Positions 62,501-64,000 of a stretch of DNA of 64,000 bases are shown in pieces. The DNA comes from Acidobacteriota bacterium (GTDB taxonomy: Bacteria > Acidobacteriota > Thermoanaerobaculia > Gp7-AA8). The notes beneath the pieces are model-generated. The model saw only the letters and a program-made list of their open reading frames with translations, ran no database searches and was not told the origin of the DNA. Within the stretch, counting starts at the first letter, position 1. Every line of letters begins with the position of its first letter. The stretch spans positions 160,001 through 224,000 of the forward strand of contig JAFATB010000006.1 of NCBI GenBank assembly GCA_019244185.1, read 5' to 3'. The position numbers and the translations under genes are program-made.

Positions 62501-64000
62501 AGCGTGGCGTTGGTGATCGTCTCGGTGAGATCGTCGATGCGAACGAGCGGCGTGACGGAGCGCTTGAACTTGCCGCCGGTGAACGGCTGATCGGCGTCGT
62601 CGAGGTGCTCGACGACGTGCACGACCGGCGCGGTCTTGTCGATGACGAAGTGGATTGGCTCGAGCGCGCGCTCGTTGCCGACGTCGTCCTTCACGTGCAC
62701 GACGAGCGTGTAGCGCGCGTCGGCCTCGATGGCCGTGCCGCGCGTGTACGGCTGGTCGTTGAGCGTGAGCGTGTACGTGGTCTCGGTGAGGTCGTCGGCC
62801 GTGATCTCCGGCGTGATCGCGGCCTTGAACTTCGCGCCGTCCTCGAGGTCTTCGCCGTCGACGCGCACGTGCACGTCGGGCGCGGTCTTGTCGAGCACGA
62901 ACGTGAACGGACCGACGCTCTTGGTGAGCCCGCCCGCGTCCGTCGCCGTCGCGGAGATCGTGTGCACCTTCTCTTCGCTGACGACGCGGCCCGGCGGCAG
63001 CTCGTGATTGTCGAGCAGCACGACGACGTCCGGCGGCTTGCTGAGGTTGTCGTCGGCTTCCGTCGACGGCGTGATGTCGCCCGCGAACTTGAAGCTGTTG
63101 TCGACGAACTCTTTTCCGGGCGCGGCGAAGAGACGCAGCGTCGGCGGCGTGCGGTCGATCGTGAAGTCGGCTTCGACGGTCGTCGACAAACCGGCGAGGT
63201 TCGTGACGACGACTTTCAGGTGATGCTTACCTTCCGGCACGTACGGCGTGTCGAGCACGTACGCCTGGCCGTCGATGGTGGCGGTCTTCGTCGTCTCCGT
63301 TGCGGCGACGACGTGCACGCCGGCGACGACGTCGCGCGTGAACGTTTTGCCCACCGGGAACGGTTGCCCGCTCTCGAGCAGCGACACCTCGGGGGCGTTC
63401 TTGTCGAGATGGAACAGGATCTCGGGCGACGTGGACGTGTTGCCGGCCGCATCGCGCGCGTCGACGACGATCTTGTGGCTGCCGTTCGTCGTGTACAGCT
63501 GGCCGAGGACGTACGGGGCGCCGTCGATGTGCGCGGTGAGCTCGTACGGCGTGATGTCTTCCGCGCTCGCGTTGAGCGCGATATCGCGCGCGAACGACGC
63601 GCCTTCGAGGAGCGGCGTCGTGCCTTCGAACACGGAGATCTTCGGCGGCGTCTGGTCGACGATGAACGTCGCGGAGACGGTGGTCGTCCACTGCAGCTCG
63701 TCGGTCACTTTCACGACCAGCGTGTGCGTGCCTTCCGCGGACACCGGCAGCGACAGCGAGAACGGCCTGTCGTCGAGTGTGGCCTCGGTCGTCCACTGGC
63801 TCGTGTCGCTGACATTGGCGACGACGGTGACGTCGTGCGCGAAGATCGCGCCGGTCGCCGGCAGCGGCTGGCCGTTCGCGACGAGACCGACGACCGGCGG
63901 CTCGGTGTCGACGAGGAGATCGAGCTTCCCGTCGGTGGCGTTGCCGAGCGCGTCGACAGCGTGCACGGTGATGGAGTGCGCGCCTTGCGGCACCGGCGTC
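44518..64000 (-). CDS. giant Ig-like-repeat/YD/Rhs polymorphic toxin (>6,490 aa, 5' end outside window) with DUF2380-like His-rich tip
   Basis: Many D(K/R/T)T(A/P)P-delimited Ig repeats, carboxypeptidase-regulatory-like domain, DUF6531-like GMGWES, YD repeats, DPVNDRDPSG cleavage motif, tip RHHVFPQ...HQAIH...WN. Confidence 0.93.
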   Translation of the reverse strand, partial: TPVPQGAHSITVHAVDALGNATDGKLDLLVDTEPPVVGLVANGQPLPATGAIFAHDVTVVANVSDTSQWTTEATLDDRPFSLSLPVSAEGTHTLVVKVTDELQWTTTVSATFIVDQTPPKISVFEGTTPLLEGASFARDIALNASAEDITPYELTAHIDGAPYVLGQLYTTNGSHKIVVDARDAAGNTSTSPEILFHLDKNAPEVSLLESGQPFPVGKTFTRDVVAGVHVVAATETTKTATIDGQAYVLDTPYVPEGKHHLKVVVTNLAGLSTTVEADFTIDRTPPTLRLFAAPGKEFVDNSFKFAGDITPSTEADDNLSKPPDVVVLLDNHELPPGRVVSEEKVHTISATATDAGGLTKSVGPFTFVLDKTAPDVHVRVDGEDLEDGAKFKAAITPEITADDLTETTYTLTLNDQPYTRGTAIEADARYTLVVHVKDDVGNERALEPIHFVIDKTAPVVHVVEHLDDADQPFTGGKFKRSVTPLVRIDDLTETITNATLSDGQHETPWTSGQEISSEGVYTLNVTVTDELGWVTVVPPIAFTIDKSAPVVTVTESGAPLVSDTIFNRDVTPKIESNDTTHVTIEATLDDAPFTSETTVTREDRHVLVIKATDELGFVTNVPPIVFTVDKTPPVVTLTENGTPFVSGALLAHPALPQVAVSDLTAYTIDAKLDGNSYILGTPIAGDGAHSLDIKVTDAANWSTTVPTVHFVVDTTPPAVSVKVGDRVLATSDEFGDTIAPIIAVDDISATTVEATLDGAPWTSGTPIADEREHVLAVSVTDAAHWTTTLPPITFIIDKSAPVVHVLEHGVAFTGGKFNRDVEPKLDIDDLTATTTTATLDNAPWTPDSTISTELADHVLAITVTDHLGHATVVPPITFTIDKTAPVVTVTENGQPFAGGAFNRNVHPELTVSDTTPTTTTALLNEQPFTFGGDITAEGKYSLTATVTDELAWSTTIPAIVFYIDRTAPVVTLMEGEKELTDGQFFNRDVVPRAVITDTTDTTTTATLNDQPYTLETPVTAEGTYTLKVRVTDRVGLSTDVPPVTFTIDKTPPAIAITSPLANTSLTTPRILVSGDADDAIGIEVNGIDATIADRKFTTPVELELLEGENTIEAIGFDRAGNNTTIAIPVTLDTLAPAVTIEAPSANACLDTNAVEVRGQVSEVSLASVKVTMGTAVVNATVGDDHRTFTATIPAPDEGKFTIRVEAVDLAGHTAAATVAISIDRTKPVVEVREGGAPFAAPVVNRPIALDVRANEAGAALTVTLDGQPYVSGTAIANELPAPHVLRATARDCAGHVSDEKVVAFTIDRTPPFITSIDPANNATVGEKPASLTGTLSEPAAVVIESTGQTAQVDGVHFTLPVALQEGLNTLALLAIDAAGNQSRMVYTLTIRGAAPSVEIVENGLPIPPHQVYRRAVTPVIRSNDSAATIAATLNGAPFTSGSEVTNDGDYTLTAKAKDAFGHESATVTATFRIDRSVPVVTITTPADHAVIDADRVEVQGTVSGHDVVSVTVNGVAATLAGGAFSATVPLDAGPNTIVAIAADAAGNSASDSVDVVRDSGGNGLLLFAPVDKMLTNRPTTLVAGQVLTPAAARGVTINGATVALDPAGAFRKNDFPLVEGANTITASLTNDRGQVSSVSVHVTADFTPPVLRVTANGADLADGAHFAASPSLALDVTDNQPDGLVTTLSVDGDLVAAGVTPLADGGHALTATARDAAGDETRVDRVFFIGNAATVSGCGLGQFDPADGAAVFSEHVHISGRSGGAAGVLIDGLAAAVAAGSFCGDATLAPGRNEVTIRCADASGNPTTDAPVTLVLYRYDDPVVTIASPAANSSVTTSSVTVSGTVGAGVVSGDVNGIAFTVADDGADSHSFSVPNVPVAPGLSVLTVRAKTRSARVGIATTRVRALTAAPQLSITAPLTGSDSGASSIDVTGTYANVEPATITVSAGGTSRAATATPQSDTTGTFTASVPVASAAVTVIEATARNAAGTQTTARVNVTQLAGGPSIAIDTPRDNTYLPSTQSGAVRVAGTFTGDAGSAVQVNGVNATLTANAFAADVTLSASSSGITPLIARVTAPDARDATDAVRVIRFAEPLAVRESFPANDAADVERGVALVVLFNHALDGATAANAFQLTSTDGSVDGPVDGDVFVDRDAITFAPHQPLRAGVRYTATIASSLHDVAGGALASPYTFAFTAGGSAPSNAPILDEATTTGCFSGTTITGRVSPNAQARVEVDGVVLTAQASDTGAFKAALTFSGQTGYHLVRVRELGADGSLSAERALCYRLSCATLQVVGATLDRNAKTLAIQFSKPMDLASLIASPSGTLLVTPEGESALTGTVALDTGGQTATITFASLPAKNITLTVKKSVKDAGGASLTADYTQTFTYSTDTTAGRGNGYVSGAVYDATNGRPLAGAQLEIAAVNTLTTSDRGRYSYALPEGAYTVRAGAPGYTTVWRQVVVPAGAGVVPIDIRLTKGGDEKQANNAALTLQHGADTAVTKRVELALAVTSLAGTHRVRLTSVGGQSLAGLLPLGWAPLASAEIAIDDASSPIALPGARLTFVVDANAITAAAQSLALVHYDSGADEWRVVVPAANVGSDGRASFDIDAAGNYALVYADKNSSLVARAGAALTGVANPCLTTPDTCRLTGRSFTLNPNAVLPSGRTVATLTTDGAKPYPSGTAVQAFIDEQLNLADGRTLVDPPFATDLLIYRNLAGTDGVADFHLAPTAQAQAVILRDGVDHIRIVDYPGRIDRGTLLGADGGRVPGDGNVLLDVPAAATPEPLHASVTSLSDNELASLGAVPGFRVAAGFTFSLTRANEPPPTDGVAIHAPALLTPARVTIAVPSASANAQVIVAEVLPSTPFGVLFRVVALMSASSSSTSNVFVSRPIVSTQLPLDGVVRDGRYVVLVADAPIAYAFGTVRSAGGAAVANARVTSGIGAPMSSVLGVRDLTRIDGVFVIPVAAKPAAPFSLVARTAALGDGAASAFTGSPDPDTFVDFGALTLSAQPPHLTAIAPADGAELDVTAPLVVQATFDTSIDAASVANGIRVTNLTTNAPLAGTVSLGGANSVRFNATDPLRAASTYAIAVLPTIRSTTGTPFGQTSTSTFSTRATPSNATIHADRIHITIPDANGKSRISGTAGALPGGAQAVAVRRNHFFVVTYDATVAADGSFAFDAGHLDARDRISVDDIIDLQVLDPVSHAIIAILRLTPFITDDGRGFLAPADLDTKYTTPDGLTVSVPAGAFDKATMVTLTPSQQTAFAAVPHFDDELRYANSLELKFDGVANKRLDVELPVPAGTDTANRNFLLGYLGLSVRGPRVMIVDSVRVDNGRFVTADATSGTQQTTQKRAVTSNAVLTGSALRNYLLGVNRSGVYSVLDIRVPDGSSVAWGAMTGLQAGYDLFWDTLQSLYAAHFYLAERRGTIAIPVLTNKPFQVVGVDAATGLQGFAKVYDPIPNGDPGAAAILPNPNPDREGPYPVYGTPFRVETLDLIASDTPVSIRNFVVKLEGDSITAVDSSTPLPADLQVTLFNVTNGAIDRKRSDGLKVAGALGDRVLLLVEEKEVDPYTSLSVVFSEPIAVGSDASDDAIDAYLRTRFSVEIAKEPAAAAPVYTAVTEQAHFRVDSGGRRVLVDLPASLQRGMRYRLGIASTVEDQSGLRIGQILGESGPTAPLAEPVYLYFRVREPGGLVSSFDLTKGAIRDQALNGNVLLMTALDGGVVAYDVADPASLGASTQPIGVAAGGGDEYWALASDRHGRVYATALSGLFGIVRSFRLEDFLPNGTPGPRAVTGKAGAIVSWRVGSTVGLDLASATILSDRAEALPRKMQILLQDDTEDLTLAFDPTADADDLSVFNVQQAMSEGYPYRLQRITVENETLDMRWSADAHPGVPAAINGIVARKNDRIHVIRNQRTYGVISLFGYGVAVFDLNAVESNDDPTRPANYKPLREQIRATNAALRSECGDPIDTYAIPDLTLSPDATIITRDGSPDLDIFAVDQRRGILDLKIAPPANDAEAAAPSDADTCGERAQFGLVLRNTYFTPGDPPATNVHDHPRLVPFRAKFAEAAGRQPTPRFTGAAYYHWTLEAQDNKALSGTSVTGAPPRGQRGSTAGTRVVRDYMLVPGYEYGLLVVEIGGTPPTMVPSYDPLANAHLVDIIWIPGGAAAVRAIPRTNLATVVDGEGRVLLVDLSRIDERFDSTGNLLPANALFKTVAASLASTATYGSGTYGVGADDPRIVWKSAPGVTSGTLAPVVDADTGYVYVGKVLEKTTSVIAAIDPRVQLKADVGDGNGLAEVGGLVPLGVDPPAGVIKGPEGSLAAFRVEVSLPGAMTQSLSGGANKLVAAIESERVFGATTEQMPEGFPRAHLRLKDRSGAPDPRADANFYLERVVPDSMAAQLRHQKGFNKFVSPWIVAIADPRASINYQWPTPPAGTTLAALQTASGCSSCARPPHLAGKTEADRVWELYTNGRLISIRPDLCIAGTDCAQNVFTGTSYAYLGRENRFTARFATIMADTVRPPSVLVAAQAPPVAGGALQETTYLHSGEVETSALDMDAGGRNGWNALFDRTYRSRTIGGTVGMGWESSIFRRLRALPNGDVEYRDGAGEIWRFTLDNATGFYQRPKGLFLKLSRTDRGWVLVDQKARISAFDSMGRLVHETDEFAPNAYALDAGNVVRYLYDLSGRLAQVIDPVGRVSRLMYFPDGTGLKAGRLQSIESWLGRVDYDYDDAGRLITATLPETGTGRPTTQYGYGTPASTYNDKLELAPNLTSITDPMGEGPRVAFAYSTSDRDKVKTQTWKTGESATFTYTDATHTTTKDVLGQERVYELTPQPGNYTTDRAHVRQLDETNVAAVTTPFGTLPAAVTPSGAPTESLTRRMLFTYVPDGMLETATLSGIGATSATIRTTTNTYKSIEPGAPGFVLFTSETSGSGATPIKRTFGYDDASSNPRPAYLESVSIGSDTIHTSEPSAMKKSVAATNDAITTTVEVDAYGQPKTVTSTGGTDAGGNASVSYKFRDATAPEYARAMPELVDASGLQTKFAYPGPDQIKVDEERGVSTLTNLDGWRRPVSSVTTGPSLSLEESSKYDLNGRLTETTHKQDAHTVTTSLAYDPLGRVKQSTTNNVAVGESLTSVTTTTDYDLTNRKIVRMLPGGAVVTEELDGLGRVAKRTTTTGGTPIVEQYAYDLAGNLVYSADNHSASAVAYDVHGRATASLAPNGVKTVTDYDDWGNPKSIKTYDAVGTLIGESQASYTPNGRMTSAQTRVDATQTRESEMKWDGAGRITSTAVSGRAAKQAFDDAGRLKSSIAGAGTTSTITTEFSKYLASDYTGGMVKNGTLTERGATSPIDMQYDYDTLGNPTRNQAGALEWKRSYDEDGNVTADAPPARESTRQHFDARGNLLSKREPGAPEVKYGYHAAGTDTSYRDESDGGTGTGLTETTESDLLGRPSVRRYPDGTQETWTYDGSRLASMKDRQGRLFNYTYDDKNQLTEIRRNGGELIEKLDYDAAGRITTWRTRDAALVFEDYDFEDRPRRTKQTRFKDHSGFGSATVLDSYEQDHTWNVHGERESWTMPSYSGFPTSATQWTQKVGESHDAAGNVSAMTRTLIGAPSPMPLLTADYRNAGRPNVRTLTTSASAVIERQYTYDTANAGQLSELRIVAGGNVVGGSAITYDGVQIKREQLLGISADTRFNEYSYDARSRLLTTVTAHDDSSNPSIEHVTDAGFRTQLERPSPSVEPAAPPTLNFDELSGHRIGTVAANGESHTFTYIGAERTGDGRYQYEFDDRGRIITATEIPTPSLTIRRFRYDYAASNRIVGRRVEYAQLSSISMPPLDSDWKLENRDAVLFADGLPAETTFVWDPISDRLVSVYKAGASANPSVDANGGLLRQLIHGDAAYDDPLEVTVTDGVTPDVHHFYPVFDEAGNGNLQLILGDDGKVISRTVVDGAYGEEESSLAGAAIDRITLSKTKDASGNLTAVEVSIRSTEALDEATLATGTRLAAVTASGNVVRTATVTSTLSDPNTIHWTLTPTQWTALTSPTGDVQSLSIAVTNTLRAKAWSTATPILPPPTWATTAHPIHTSPTLPVEYRASLATLTSFLAAPDPTTTPYAAPSLAALGSPAEPAVGRSILMSSFQALPFEEVGTGLVFARERWFDAGRGAFLSPDPLGYVDASNLYTFAGGDPVNDRDPSGLQKPCKNTTLASLQAAGEGAWQWAKGAFVGFMNFGGDQTVKLIDTLTFGYGGWVHENAADARRQERRSLSLAIAAVERGEGTPVYVIGGAVDKRVKAIDAASSSGCKEDIARAAAPALLDGYTAVRGTVSAMNTPTTPAPALATSSGVVLPTAGVIARSARSGPMVSTIVLASSVHDSLGEGPESDAVTETGARGAGVVRNPRHHVFPQEFRAFFEVRGFTGGRDIDQFTLELDEAIHQAIHGGGNYRLGRKWEGEWNRQIMSRISQREKLLGRALTFAEVFDVGKQMMRDYGLSGSFVPFRQ

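Overview
High-GC bacterial accessory DNA. The giant Ig/Rhs protein suggests an Acidobacteriota/Thermoanaerobaculia-like host, but that is inference only. There are four blocks. (1) 1-30578 is the right part of a genomic island ending in a 3' fragment of initiator tRNA-Met (att site). It holds defence-like hypotheticals; an archaeal-type module (Zn-ribbon tyrosine integrase, N4/N6 DNA methyltransferase, HerA-like ATPase with a nuclease-like tail); degenerate S24 and HTH regulators; a bacterial ubiquitin-like (Bub-type) operon preceded by STAS-kinase/STAS-wHTH (CapK/CapS-like) and XRE-ImmA regulators; and a convergently arranged AbiE pair with two perfect 30-bp palindromes. (2) 30.7-37.4 kb holds broken STAND/NACHT-type genes and a phage-like fragment. 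(3) 37400-40603 is a 3.2-kb IS1-family element with 36-bp terminal IRs. Besides passenger ORFs it carries four ~130-150-nt long-stem structures and a tRNA-like fold. The single mismatch in each of the three imperfect closing stems is a G-U wobble on the + strand. This candidate transposon-borne structured-RNA array is the most unusual signal in the window. (4) 40.7-64 kb holds decayed orphan Rhs toxin/immunity modules, a cognate immunity gene, and a >6,490-aa Ig-repeat/YD/Rhs polymorphic toxin that starts beyond the window. All family calls come from motif recognition by eye; no searches were run.
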